DNA from: Candidatus Binatia bacterium
GTDB lineage: Bacteria > Desulfobacterota > Binatia > UBA9968 > JAJDTQ01
Length of the DNA: 64,000 nucleotides
NCBI GenBank assembly: GCA_963666515.2
Contig: OY762897.2
Coordinates: 3,355,912-3,419,911, forward strand
Direction of reading: 5' to 3'
The notes beneath the pieces are model-generated. The model made no database searches, was not told the origin of the DNA, and worked only from the letters and a program-made list of their open reading frames with translations. Shown one piece after another: positions 28,014-37,474 of this stretch (positions are counted from its first letter, which is position 1; each line of letters begins with the position of its first letter). Both the position numbers and the translations under genes were made by a program.

Positions 28014-29474
28014 TCAGGCGTCCCTCTGCTCCAGCCGCAACGACAGGTCGTCCCGCCGGATATGGACCTGCCGGAGTTCCCGAGCGCCCGCGAGTTGCTT
28101 CAGGAGGACCGAGACCGGACGGCGGGCATCGAGAAACTCCCTGGGCGCGCCGGCGGCCAGCATCTCCTTGACGGAATCCGGGCCTGCGACGACCCGGATC
28201 ACCAGTTCCTCGTCCGAGACTCCCGGGCCGCCGAACTTCCGCCTTACTTCATCGAGGGAGGGCTCGGGCCAAGTCCAGCTTTCCCATTCCCGCGCCCGCG
28301 GTCGGCTCAGGATCTTGTCCTTGACCCCCGGGTCCATGAGCCGCGCACCCTCCTCGCCCCAATATCCCAGAGCATACTGAATGCTCTGGTCGGTGACCTC
28401 CTTGTAGCGTTCCCCGGCCATGACGTTGACGGCCGCCTGGGTGCCCACGAACTGGGCCAGCGGCGTCACCATGATGGGATAGCCGTACTCCTCGCGCACG
28501 CGGCCCGCCTCCTCCAGGGTCTCCTCAAGCCTGTCGCCCATGCCCACGGTTTCGAGTTGAAAGCGCAGGTTGGAGATCATGCCGCCGGGCACCTGGTGCT
28601 GGTATTGGGCGTAATCGTATTCACGGGGCGCGCCGAAGGGAAAGTTCTCCTGCCGGGCGACGCGGGTGAAGTGCTCCTCCACCGGCCTCACCGCCTCCAG
28701 GTCCACCATCGGCGTGAAGCCCAAGGCCTCGGCATTGGCCGCCACGTTGAAGATGGAGGGCTGCGACGAGCCGTTGGCAAGGGGCGGAATGGCGGTGTGG
28801 AGCGTCTTGACCCCCAGCTTGAGGGCTTCGACGTAGTTGAACGGCGCGAGGCTGTTGTTGCAGTGGGCGTGGAACTCCAGCGGGATGTCGCCGACGTTGG
28901 CCATGACGAGCTGGAGCATCTCCCGGGTGCGGTCGGGCGTCAGCAGCCCGCCCACGTCCTTGAAGCAGATCCGGTAGGGGTGCAGCGCCGCCAACTCGCG
29001 GGTCTTCCGCTCGTAGTACTCGTTGGTGTGCTTGGGCGAGACCGAGTAGATGATGTTGCCCACCACCTCCATGCCCCTGTTTCCCAGAAACTCCAGCTCC
29101 TTGGCGAGCACGTTGTAGTCGTTCCACGGGTTCGACGAGCGCGTGAGGGTGATGCCGTGGGCGATGACGCATTCCAGCAGGAGGCGGCGGATGCACGGGG
29201 GAATGGGCTCGAAGCCGGAGCCGATGCCGCCGTGATAGCGCAGCCGGGTCCTGGAAAATTGCTTCACCCCCAACCGCACCCAGTCCCAGGGGTTCTCCTT
29301 CAACTCCCGCACCTGCTTGATGATGCTGGCGAAGCCGAAGAATTCCATGGACTCGAAGCCGCAGCGGTCCATCTGTTGGGCGGCGCCGAGCATGTGGCCG
29401 ATGCGCATGCGCAAGGCCCACAGGCTCAAATGCCCGTCCCTCAAGGTGGTGTCGACAAAACGTATCTCGCTCAT
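28014..29474 (-). CDS. carboxyltransferase (pyruvate carboxylase subunit B/oxaloacetate decarboxylase alpha-like), without a biotinyl domain
   Basis: IRFVDTTLRDGHLSLWA and FKDVGGLLTP blocks plus the PYC_OADA-like middle region. No biotin attachment motif (A/E-M-K-M) is present at the C-terminus. Confidence 0.8.
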   Translation of the reverse strand: MSEIRFVDTTLRDGHLSLWALRMRIGHMLGAAQQMDRCGFESMEFFGFASIIKQVRELKENPWDWVRLGVKQFSRTRLRYHGGIGSGFEPIPPCIRRLLLECVIAHGITLTRSSNPWNDYNVLAKELEFLGNRGMEVVGNIIYSVSPKHTNEYYERKTRELAALHPYRICFKDVGGLLTPDRTREMLQLVMANVGDIPLEFHAHCNNSLAPFNYVEALKLGVKTLHTAIPPLANGSSQPSIFNVAANAEALGFTPMVDLEAVRPVEEHFTRVARQENFPFGAPREYDYAQYQHQVPGGMISNLRFQLETVGMGDRLEETLEEAGRVREEYGYPIMVTPLAQFVGTQAAVNVMAGERYKEVTDQSIQYALGYWGEEGARLMDPGVKDKILSRPRAREWESWTWPEPSLDEVRRKFGGPGVSDEELVIRVVAGPDSVKEMLAAGAPREFLDARRPVSVLLKQLAGARELRQVHIRRDDLSLRLEQRDA

Positions 29475-29738
29475 GCCAGTCCGTTCATGGGTCCTGTCCC
29501 GCAGCCGGTCCGTGGGACCGGGCGCCCTGGGGAATCCCGCGACGCTGCTTCATAGTACCGAAGGCCGCCCGTTAAAACCAGTTTCAAAGGAGGAGGCTTG
29601 CAATTTACCGTTGGGTTGCCCAAGCTCAAGGGTGCAGCTTGCATGGCTCTCTTCTCGCACGGCACCGCCCGATCTGCTAGCATGGCGCGTCACATTAACT
29701 CGCAACCAACCCGGCGACCCGTGGAAAAGGAGCTGCCG

Positions 29739-30344
29739 ATGACCGATCAAGTGACCCTGGAGGTCTTCTCGGATTTCGTCTGACCGTGGTGCTATCTCAG
29801 TACCGGGCGTATTGAGAAACTGCGGCAGAATTATGATCTGAACGTTGTCTACACCCAGTTCCCGTTGCATCCCGATACGCCGCCCGAGGGCAAGGCGCGC
29901 AACATGAGCGGCCCGAGCCGGGTGGACGCCATGCTGGAACGCGAGGGCCTGCCTTTTACCGAGCGCAAGTTCAGCTACAACAGCCGCTCGGCCCAGGAGC
30001 TGGCAAAATGGGCGAAACGCGAGGGGCGGGAAGACGCCTTCAACGACGCGGTGTACCGCGCCTATTTCGTGGAGGCGGCGAACATCGCCGAGCCTGAAGT
30101 CCTGCTCCGGCTGGTGGAAGAGGCGGGGCTGCCGGTGGAGGAGGCGCGCGGGGTGTTGTCGGACCGGACCTTCCAGCAGTCCGTCAATGACGACTGGCAG
30201 CGCTGCTACTCCCTGGGTGTGACGGCCGTTCCCACCTACCTGTCGGAAGGCTTGGCCATCGTCGGCGCCGAGCCCTACGAGCAATTGGAACGGCTTGTCA
30301 CCGAGGCGAGCGCCAAGCGGTCGGCGGAGGCGGCGGACGCCTGA
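29739..30344 (+). CDS. DsbA/FrnE-like thiol oxidoreductase with an in-frame TGA at 29781-29783 replacing the first redox Cys (U-P-W-C); candidate selenoprotein
   Basis: AAGGAG RBS and ATG at 29739. Reads MTDQVTLEVFSDFV-TGA-PWCYLSTGRIEKL and continues in the same frame into ORF 29865..30344 (84 nt = 28 codons further on). Confidence 0.7.
29795..29817 (+). promoter_or_regulatory. candidate bacterial SECIS-like hairpin
   Basis: TCTCAGTA (29795-29802) pairs with TATTGAGA (29810-29817), including one G-U pair, around the G-rich loop CCGGGCG. The stem starts 11 nt after the TGA. Confidence 0.45.
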
Positions 30345-30493
30345 CCGCAATCCACGAGCCGCGATCCCACGCACATCGGGATCGGACCTTGGATTTGCCT
30401 TTACGGTCCTTAACTAACTGGATTGACAGGGAAGTCGTTTGTTCGGATATCGGCGAGTCGGCCGACAACCACGGCCGGTATCGGAGAGTGATC

Positions 30494-31408
30494 GTGTCAG
30501 GCATACCTCAGGTCGATTTTGAACCGTTCATGAACGGTGGTGCCGCGGCACGCGGGCGCGTGGCCGCCGAGATACGCGCAGCTTGCAGCGAGTACGGTTT
30601 TCTCAACGTCGCCAACCTGCCGTTGCCCGAAGGGTTGCTTCAACGGGTATCGTCCAAGGCCAGGGAGTTCTTCGCCTTGCCCCGGGAGGTCAAGGAAGCC
30701 ATCGGGCGGTCCGAGCTGGACGTCATATCGGGCTACGTAGGCATGGCCGTCGAGCACCTCGACACGCGACAACCCGGTGACCTCAAGGAATCCTTCAGCC
30801 TGAACCAAGCCAGTCTCGCGCTGCTGGACCGTTGGCACATTCCCGTGGCCGGGTTCCGCGAGACGGTCCTGGAACTCCACGAGGCCGGCGCCCGGGCGTG
30901 TGCGACGCTGGTCCAGGCCATGGCCCTCTCCCTGGGCGCGCCCGAGGACTTCTTCGTCGACAAGCACGCCCCCCACGCCAGCACCGTGCGTTTCTTCCAC
31001 TACCCGCCGGTGGAACACCGGCCGGACGCCGGTCAACTGCGCGCCGGGAGCCATTCCGACTACGGCACGGTCACGCTCGTTTTCCAGGATGCGGTGGAGG
31101 GGCTGGAGGCGCTGGTGGACGGTGAATGGCTGACCGTGCCGGCGATACCCGGAACCGTCACGGTCAACGTGGCGGACCTGCTGTCGCGCTGGACCAACGG
31201 CATCTACCGGTCGCCGGAACACCGAGTTGCCTTGCCCGTCGCGGACGTGAAACAGTCCCGGTACTCCACGGTCTTCTTCTACAACCCCAACAGCCAAGTC
31301 ACCGTTCGCTGCATCGACTCCTGTTGCAGCGAACAACGTCCACGGCAGTTCCCGCCCATCGAGGCGGGAGAATTTCTAAGGCAGCGCCGCACCGCCCAGT
31401 ACGATTGA
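30494..31408 (+). CDS. 2OG-Fe(II) oxygenase (isopenicillin-N-synthase-like family)
   Basis: IPQVDF N-terminal block, HSDYGTVT (H-x-D) and the distal HRV motif. GTG start at 30494 (or 30488) follows GGAGAG. Confidence 0.8.
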   Translation: MSGIPQVDFEPFMNGGAAARGRVAAEIRAACSEYGFLNVANLPLPEGLLQRVSSKAREFFALPREVKEAIGRSELDVISGYVGMAVEHLDTRQPGDLKESFSLNQASLALLDRWHIPVAGFRETVLELHEAGARACATLVQAMALSLGAPEDFFVDKHAPHASTVRFFHYPPVEHRPDAGQLRAGSHSDYGTVTLVFQDAVEGLEALVDGEWLTVPAIPGTVTVNVADLLSRWTNGIYRSPEHRVALPVADVKQSRYSTVFFYNPNSQVTVRCIDSCCSEQRPRQFPPIEAGEFLRQRRTAQYD

Positions 31409-31451
31409 GGGGGATGTCGGCCGGGGGATGGTACTGCCCAGCCTCCCCACA

Positions 31452-31482
31452 CCTGGATTCCGGCTTTCGCCGGAATGACGAT
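31452..31482. repeat. single-arm copy of the REP-like element
   Basis: 31 nt identical to 3805-3835 (CCTGGATTCCGGCTTTCGCCGGAATGACGAT). Preceded by a related CCTCCCCAC tract. Confidence 0.75.
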
Positions 31483-31566
31483 TCGAGTGTCGTCGCCTTT
31501 CCGCACGCAGGTCGGAGTTTTGGCACAGCCTGTTTCGCGGGATTGCGGAGTGGAGCGCGGGGGTGA

Positions 31567-32394
31567 CTAGCGGGACGCCAAGTTGCGTTCGAGGAAATCC
31601 AGCAGCACCGGCTGCACGGTGAGGTTGGGCTCCTGGTCCACGCGCCTGCGGTCGGGCTCGTTGGGCAGGTAGGTGAACCACGAGTGGCCGGCGCCCGGCA
31701 CGAACAGGGTCTCCACCTCGGCCCCGGCGGCGCGGAGCGCGGCGATGAAGCGCTCGGACTGGTTGTGGTGGACGATGGGATCCTGCTCGCCGTGGATGAT
31801 GAGGTAGGGCACCCCGGGCGGCACTCCCTGGGCCTCGACTCCCTGGAGCGGGGAGAAGCTGCGGTAGGCGTCCGGGGCCTCGGAGGGCGTCGTGCCCATG
31901 AGCCTGCCCACGGGGTCGTCCTGCCGTTTCTGCGTCACCTCCCACCAGTCCAGCAGATCGTAGATGCCGTAGACTCCCACCACGGCCCGCAGGTGCGGCC
32001 GGACCCAGTCCTCCAGGGCCAGCAGCGCCGCCATGTGCCCGCCGGCCGAGTCGCCCACGAGCCCCAGCCGCGCGGGATCCACGCGTAGACCGGACGCCTC
32101 TTCCAGCAGCCAGCGCAGCGCCCGCCGGATGTCCTCGTGTACGCCCGGCCACGACGGCGAGACGTTCTTCGACAGCCGGTAGTCCACCGCCACCAGCGCA
32201 TAGCCCCGGGCCGCCAGCCACGGCCCCCATTCCTGGTACTGGCGCCGGCTGCCGTGCGCCCAGCCGCCGCCGTGAAAGCACAGCAGCGCCGGATGCGGCC
32301 CCGGACCGACGGGCAGGTACACGTCGTTGCAGAGCGTGCCGTCGGGGCCTCCCCCGTACGGAACGTCGAGCCGGATCTCCACCTGTGCGCTCAT
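31567..32394 (-). CDS. alpha/beta-hydrolase fold-3 esterase/lipase
   Basis: HGGGW oxyanion motif and GDSAGG nucleophile elbow. Confidence 0.8.
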   Translation of the reverse strand: MSAQVEIRLDVPYGGGPDGTLCNDVYLPVGPGPHPALLCFHGGGWAHGSRRQYQEWGPWLAARGYALVAVDYRLSKNVSPSWPGVHEDIRRALRWLLEEASGLRVDPARLGLVGDSAGGHMAALLALEDWVRPHLRAVVGVYGIYDLLDWWEVTQKRQDDPVGRLMGTTPSEAPDAYRSFSPLQGVEAQGVPPGVPYLIIHGEQDPIVHHNQSERFIAALRAAGAEVETLFVPGAGHSWFTYLPNEPDRRRVDQEPNLTVQPVLLDFLERNLASR

Positions 32395-32431
32395 CGCGTC
32401 GCCTCCTCGGAACTCAGCGTGCCAAACCGGG

Positions 32432-33310
32432 CTATCGCGCCGACAGGAAGCGGCGAATGGCTTCCGCGCAGGCTTCCGGCGCTTCTTCGGCTATGAAGTG
32501 ACCGCAGTCCAACTCGGCCTCGGACACGTCGCCGGCCCATCGTTCCCAAATCGGGCGAAGCGGTTTGGGCTTGCGAGGCGATCCTCGCACCACCAGGACC
32601 GGGCATTGGAGCTTCCTTCCCGCCTGCCGGTCCTGCCGGTCGAGCTCGTAGTCGATGGTTGCTCCGGCCCGGTAGTCTTCCGCCATCGCCTGCATCACGC
32701 TCGGTTTCCGAAACGCGGCCTTGTACGCTTCGACCGCGGCCGGGTCCAACACACCCGGCCGTCCGGCCCACCGGTCCAGCAGATGCAGGATGAAGAAGTC
32801 CGGGTCCGCGCCCATCAGTCTTTCCGGCAAGGGCGCCGGTTGCGCCAGAAAAGACCAATGATATCGCCTGATGGAGACCGCCATGTCCGTGGCCTCCCAG
32901 GAGTCGAGCGTCGGCACCGTGTCCAGGCTCACGAAATGGCTGACCCGTTCAGGGTGATCGAGCGCAAGCCGATAGCCGACCCGCGCGCCGCGGTCATGCG
33001 AGACGATGCCGAACCTGTCATGCCCGACCTCCGACATGACCTGGACCATGTCCCCGGCCATCTCGCGCTTGGAGTAGCTGACGTGTTCAGGATCGGGCGC
33101 GGGTCCCCGGCTTGCTCCGTAACCCCGGAGATCGGGGATGACCAGCGTAAACGCATCCATCAGCAGCGGCGCCAGCCGGTGCCATTGAACATGGGTTTGC
33201 GGGAATCCGTGCAACAGCAGAAGCGGTTCGCCCCGGCCGCCGACGCGGCAATGGATGGTGGCGTTCTCGCAACGGATATCGTGTATCGCGAATCCCTCGA
33301 ACATGGGCAT
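32432..33310 (-). CDS. alpha/beta hydrolase, haloacetate-dehalogenase/epoxide-hydrolase-like
   Basis: LLLLHGFPQTH, VSHDRGARV and CGHFIAEE. Start taken at MPMFEGF (33310); the longer ORF to 33778 is discounted. Confidence 0.8.
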   Translation of the reverse strand: MPMFEGFAIHDIRCENATIHCRVGGRGEPLLLLHGFPQTHVQWHRLAPLLMDAFTLVIPDLRGYGASRGPAPDPEHVSYSKREMAGDMVQVMSEVGHDRFGIVSHDRGARVGYRLALDHPERVSHFVSLDTVPTLDSWEATDMAVSIRRYHWSFLAQPAPLPERLMGADPDFFILHLLDRWAGRPGVLDPAAVEAYKAAFRKPSVMQAMAEDYRAGATIDYELDRQDRQAGRKLQCPVLVVRGSPRKPKPLRPIWERWAGDVSEAELDCGHFIAEEAPEACAEAIRRFLSAR

Positions 33311-33506
33311 CACCCGCAATAGTCCGTTGCCAGAACGGGACCGAAAATGCAAAACCCTCCATGTAGACACCGTCGGTCGGCGCACGGAGCCCTCCGTGGA
33401 CGAATTCCCGGGAGGGTCCCCGAAGCGGTATTTTTGGGCTATATTGAAGGCTCTCCGTCCGGGCCGCGCGCTTGGCAGACGACAACACGAAGGCAGATCA
33501 ACTCCC

Positions 33507-34535
33507 ATGAAGAAGCATTCCGCAGTGCTCATCCCCGGAGATGGCATCGGTCCCGAGATCACGGCGTCCGTGCGCCGCATTCTCGAAGCCGCCGCCGCGC
33601 CCGTCGAATGGGTCGAATGCAAAGCCGGCGTGGCCGCCCTGGAGAGCGGTCCCGACGTGCTGCCCGAGTCCACCACCGAAGCCATCGAGCACCACGGCGT
33701 GGCCCTCAAGGGACCATGTACCACGCCCGTGGGCGAGGGCTTCACCTCGGTCAACGTGCAGTTGCGCCAGCGCCTCAACCTCTACGCCGCGGTGCGTCCG
33801 GTGCGCTCCCTGGCCGGAGCGCCGACCCGCTTCCAGGACGTGGACCTCATCATCGTCCGGGAGAACACCGAAGGGCTCTACAGCGGCGTGGAGAACCAGG
33901 TCACCGACGACGTGGTGATGAGCATGAAGGTGGCCACCAAGAGCGCCAGCCTGCGCATCGCCCACTGGGCGTTCCGGTTCGCCACCCGGCGCCAGCGCCG
34001 CAAGATCACCGTCTTCCACAAGGCCAACATCATGAAGGTCACGGACGGACTGTTCCTGCAGTGCGCCCGCCGCATCCACCAGCACGAGTACCCGAACATC
34101 GAGTACGAGGAGAACATCATCGACGCCGGCTGCATGAAGCTGGTGAAGGACCCCGGCCGCTTCGACGTGCTGCTGCTGGAGAACCTCTACGGCGACGTCA
34201 TCAGCGACCTGTGCGCCGGCTTGGTGGGCGGCCTCGGGGTGGTGCCCGGGGCCAACTTCGGCGAGGAGCGCGCCGTCTTCGAAGCGGTGCACGGCTCCGC
34301 ACCGGACATCGCCGGCGCCGGCACGGCCAACCCCCTGGCCATGCTGATGTCCGCTGTGATGATGCTCAACCATCTGGCCGACACGCGCGAGGACGAGCGC
34401 TGCCGCCACGCCGCGGAACGCATCAAGGCGGCCTACGACCAGGCCCTCGACGACGACTGCAAGACCCGGGACCTGGGCGGCAGCCTCGGCACCGAAGCCT
34501 TCGCCGACGCCGTCATCGAGCGGCTGGCCGGCTGA
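33507..34535 (+). CDS. isocitrate/isopropylmalate dehydrogenase family protein (NAD-IDH-like)
   Basis: LIPGDGIGPEI, IVRENTEGLYSG and NLYGDVISDL. Confidence 0.85.
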   Translation: MKKHSAVLIPGDGIGPEITASVRRILEAAAAPVEWVECKAGVAALESGPDVLPESTTEAIEHHGVALKGPCTTPVGEGFTSVNVQLRQRLNLYAAVRPVRSLAGAPTRFQDVDLIIVRENTEGLYSGVENQVTDDVVMSMKVATKSASLRIAHWAFRFATRRQRRKITVFHKANIMKVTDGLFLQCARRIHQHEYPNIEYEENIIDAGCMKLVKDPGRFDVLLLENLYGDVISDLCAGLVGGLGVVPGANFGEERAVFEAVHGSAPDIAGAGTANPLAMLMSAVMMLNHLADTREDERCRHAAERIKAAYDQALDDDCKTRDLGGSLGTEAFADAVIERLAG

Positions 34536-34660
34536 ACGGTTTCCACCCTTTCCCCTTCCGAAACCCGATCTGCCTGCGACTCCTGCCCTTGACATCGTCT
34601 CCCGTCCGGCGATAATGCCTCACAGGGTCAGACCTTGAACTGTGTCATTCGGGGGGTAAC

Positions 34661-35668
34661 ATGGCACGGCCGCTACGGATCGAATTCCCGCACGCGCACT
34701 ACCACGTCACCTGCCGCGGCAATGACCGGCGGCGGATCTTCGGGGATGACGACGACCGGCATGCCTTCCTGGAAAGGCTGCGCAGGTCGCTGGATATCTA
34801 CGAGGTTAAGCTGCACTGCTACGTGCTGATGAACAACCACTTCCACCTCGTGGCGGATACTCCCAGGGGCAATCTCTCCGAGTTCATGCGGCACTTCAAC
34901 GTAGCCTACACGTCGTATTTCAACCGGCGCCACCGCCGCACGGGCCATCTCTACCAAGGGCGCTTCAAGGCGATCCTGATCCAGCCCGATGCCTGGCTGC
35001 TGGAGTTGAGCCGGTACGTTCACATGAATCCGGTGCGGACGCCCCGGCTCAGGCGGGGCATGGCCCCGGACCAGGTGCGGCAACTGTGGCAGTACCCCTG
35101 GAGCAGCCTGGGCGGATACGTTTCCGTGCGGCGCCGAAAGCCGTGGGTCCACTATGACGAGGTGTTGTCGCGGACAGGTGATTCCCGGCAGCAGTACGGC
35201 CGGTTCGTCCAGGACGGGTTGGAGCAGGGCGTGACGAGTCCGTGGAAGCAAGTGCGCGGGCAGGTGGTCCTGGGCGATGACCGCTTCTGGACCGGCGTCA
35301 GGGAGCAGTGGGCCGGCGCTGCCGGCAGCGCCGCGGTGCGGGAACTCCCGCTGCCCGCGGCAAGGATGGACCCCGCCCGAATCACCGCGGAGGCAGCGAG
35401 GTACTTCAACCTGGCGCCCGAACGGCTTCGGCGCAAGCGGGGCCGCTGCCGGGACCAGCGGGGTGTATTGATGGAGCTGCTGTACCGCCACGGCGGCATG
35501 ACCCAGCAGGCCATCGGCGCCCACCTCGGCGGCCTGGACTACACCGCGGTGAGTCACGAGCGGCGCCGGGCGCGGGAGCGCATGGCGCAGAACGAGGTGA
35601 TGGCAGGGTGGTGGCTCGATCTGGATTCCGCGCTCGGATCCGCTGACCGGCAAAGCGTCAACCGTTAA
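34661..35668 (+). CDS. Y1 (IS200/IS605-type, RAYT-like) transposase-domain protein with a C-terminal DnaA-type HTH
   Basis: HYHVTCRGN, the HUH motif NHFHLV and catalytic-Tyr context GHLYQGRF. The C-terminus (GMTQQAIGAHLGGLDYTAVSH) resembles the DnaA C-terminal HTH. No terminal repeats are seen next to the gene. Confidence 0.7.
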   Translation: MARPLRIEFPHAHYHVTCRGNDRRRIFGDDDDRHAFLERLRRSLDIYEVKLHCYVLMNNHFHLVADTPRGNLSEFMRHFNVAYTSYFNRRHRRTGHLYQGRFKAILIQPDAWLLELSRYVHMNPVRTPRLRRGMAPDQVRQLWQYPWSSLGGYVSVRRRKPWVHYDEVLSRTGDSRQQYGRFVQDGLEQGVTSPWKQVRGQVVLGDDRFWTGVREQWAGAAGSAAVRELPLPAARMDPARITAEAARYFNLAPERLRRKRGRCRDQRGVLMELLYRHGGMTQQAIGAHLGGLDYTAVSHERRRARERMAQNEVMAGWWLDLDSALGSADRQSVNR

Positions 35669-35708
35669 GGGCCTTCCGCCGCCGCAAGGCGGAGGACCCA
35701 GCCGGTAC

Positions 35709-36683
35709 TCACCGCAGGGCCGGCATGACTTCCCGGGCGAAGAGGTCCAGGGACCCCATGGACGCCTCGCGGGAGATGCCGGGGACGGAGAAGCGGCAGA
35801 TGAGGTGATCCAGCCCGAGCTCTTGCCGGAAGCGCGAGATCTCCCGGATGCAGGTCTCGGGGTCGCCCAGGATGATGCGGTTGCGGGCGAGCCGCTCAAT
35901 GGTCAGCTCCCCGTCGGGCCGCTTGATGACCGGGTGCGGCCAGCGGAAGTACATGTTCTCGTAAGCCTGGATGAAGGAATCCCCCGCCGATTCCAGCGCC
36001 TGCTCGGTCGTGCCGGCGACGAACACGTAACGGAACGCGGCGATGGCGCCCGGCTCCTTGCCCAGCGCCGCGCGCGCCTGCCGGTATGACCCAACGCATG
36101 ACGACAGCTCCGACAGCGCCGCCGATGGCCCCCCCAGCCAGGCGTCGCCCAGGCGCGCGGCCCGCTCGATGGCGGGCGCGGTCCAGGCGCCGAACCAGAT
36201 CGGCGGCGCCGGTTGCTGCACCGGCCGCGGTCCGACCGTGGCGTCTTCCACTTGGTAGTAGCGGCCGTGGTGGGTGACGTGGGTCTCGGTCCACAGCCGG
36301 CGCAACAGGGCAGCCCCTTCATCGAGCCGGCTGCCGCGCTGTTTCACCGACAGGCCGAAGGCGGCGAACTCCTCGGGCGCGTATCCGGCCCCCACCCCCA
36401 GGATGAGACGGCCGCCCGAGATCATGTCCACCATGGCGCCCTCCTCGGCGACGCACATGGGATGGTAGAGCGGCAGCAGTAGGACTCCGGTGCCCAGCGA
36501 CACCCGGCTGGTGCGGGCGGCGATGGCGGCCAGTCCCAGCAGCGGCGCCGGGTAGAGGACGGGATTGTTGTGGTGCTCGCCGAGCCAGACCGAATCGAAC
36601 CCCGCGGCTTCCGCGCGCTCGCATTCCCGGATGGTCTCCTCGAAGCTGTCGGTGCCCTGCAGCGGGCTCAATCCCAGTTTCAT
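35709..36683 (-). CDS. LLM-class (luciferase-like) flavin/F420-dependent oxidoreductase
   Basis: FDSVWLGEHH, GGRLILGVGAGY and a length of about 324 aa. Confidence 0.8.
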   Translation of the reverse strand: MKLGLSPLQGTDSFEETIRECERAEAAGFDSVWLGEHHNNPVLYPAPLLGLAAIAARTSRVSLGTGVLLLPLYHPMCVAEEGAMVDMISGGRLILGVGAGYAPEEFAAFGLSVKQRGSRLDEGAALLRRLWTETHVTHHGRYYQVEDATVGPRPVQQPAPPIWFGAWTAPAIERAARLGDAWLGGPSAALSELSSCVGSYRQARAALGKEPGAIAAFRYVFVAGTTEQALESAGDSFIQAYENMYFRWPHPVIKRPDGELTIERLARNRIILGDPETCIREISRFRQELGLDHLICRFSVPGISREASMGSLDLFAREVMPALR

Positions 36684-36740
36684 CGGCTCTCCCGTTTTCT
36701 TGCGTCCAAGCCCGTGGGCCGGGCTTCTGTCTGCGGCGGT

Positions 36741-37451
36741 TTACCCGGATCGCGGGACGTTTGGGCCGGGCCGCCCGGCGAGCGCGGCAAACGCCCCTTC
36801 CGCCTCCGCAACGAACATTCGGACCCGATGGGGGTCCTTGCGGCCGTCCGGGCCCTCCACACCGGTGTGGGCGTCGACCCCGGCGGGCCGTACGGTCCGT
36901 ATGGCCTTGGCGACGTTCTCCGGCGTCAGCCCTCCGGCCAGTATGACAGGTCGCGGGCTCAGTTCCACCAGCCGTCGGCTCACGGCCCAGTCGTGGGTCT
37001 TGCCGGTGGCGCCGGAGGCTCCGGTGGCGGGATCGAAGGTGTCGGTGATGAAGCCGTCCACGTGCGGCGAGAAGGCCGTAACGCCGGCCTCCAGCTCCGC
37101 CAAGTTGTCGTCCCGCACGATCAGGCTCCTGACCACTTGCAGGCGGGGACGCAGCGCCCGGAGGCCCGCCACCCGGCCCTTGTCGACAGGGCCGTGCAGT
37201 TGCACGCCGGCGCAGCCGAGCCTGTCGCACAAGGCGGCGATGGAGCGCGGATCGTCGAGGTAGGTGATCAGCGAGGCGCACGGACCCAAGCCCAGTGTCC
37301 GGATGATGGCCGCGGCTTCGTCTTCCGGGAGATCCTCCCGGTGGACCACCAACCCCAGAGGGAACCCCAGCCGTTGAACGCCGCTGTCTGCCAGCATCTG
37401 CGCTTCCGCCCGGTCAAGGATGCCGGCTATCTGAATGATGGGATTCGCCAC
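36741..37451 (-). CDS. trpF: phosphoribosylanthranilate isomerase-like protein
   Basis: IQIAG...GVQLHG...TGKTHDW...ILAGGLTPENV...GVDAHTGVE blocks. GTG start at 37451 is inferred. No other trp genes are adjacent. Confidence 0.65.
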   Translation of the reverse strand: MANPIIQIAGILDRAEAQMLADSGVQRLGFPLGLVVHREDLPEDEAAAIIRTLGLGPCASLITYLDDPRSIAALCDRLGCAGVQLHGPVDKGRVAGLRALRPRLQVVRSLIVRDDNLAELEAGVTAFSPHVDGFITDTFDPATGASGATGKTHDWAVSRRLVELSPRPVILAGGLTPENVAKAIRTVRPAGVDAHTGVEGPDGRKDPHRVRMFVAEAEGAFAALAGRPGPNVPRSG

Positions 37452-37474
37452 CAGGAGCCCGTCCGAGCAGTCTC

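Noticed and set aside
29781-29783. The TGA in the DsbA-like gene read as a genuine stop (truncated pseudogene, or a gene starting at TTG 29865).
   Set aside because: Considered and not fully excluded. It is less likely because the conserved FSDFV-x-PWCY active-site context spans the TGA in frame, a good RBS and ATG precede it, and a hairpin follows at SECIS-like spacing.
35671-35700. Hairpin CCTTCCGCC...GGCGGAGG between the convergent Y1-transposase-like and LLM genes; considered as a terminator or REP.
   Set aside because: It has a bulged 8-bp stem, no U-tract and no second copy in the window. It is too weak to call.
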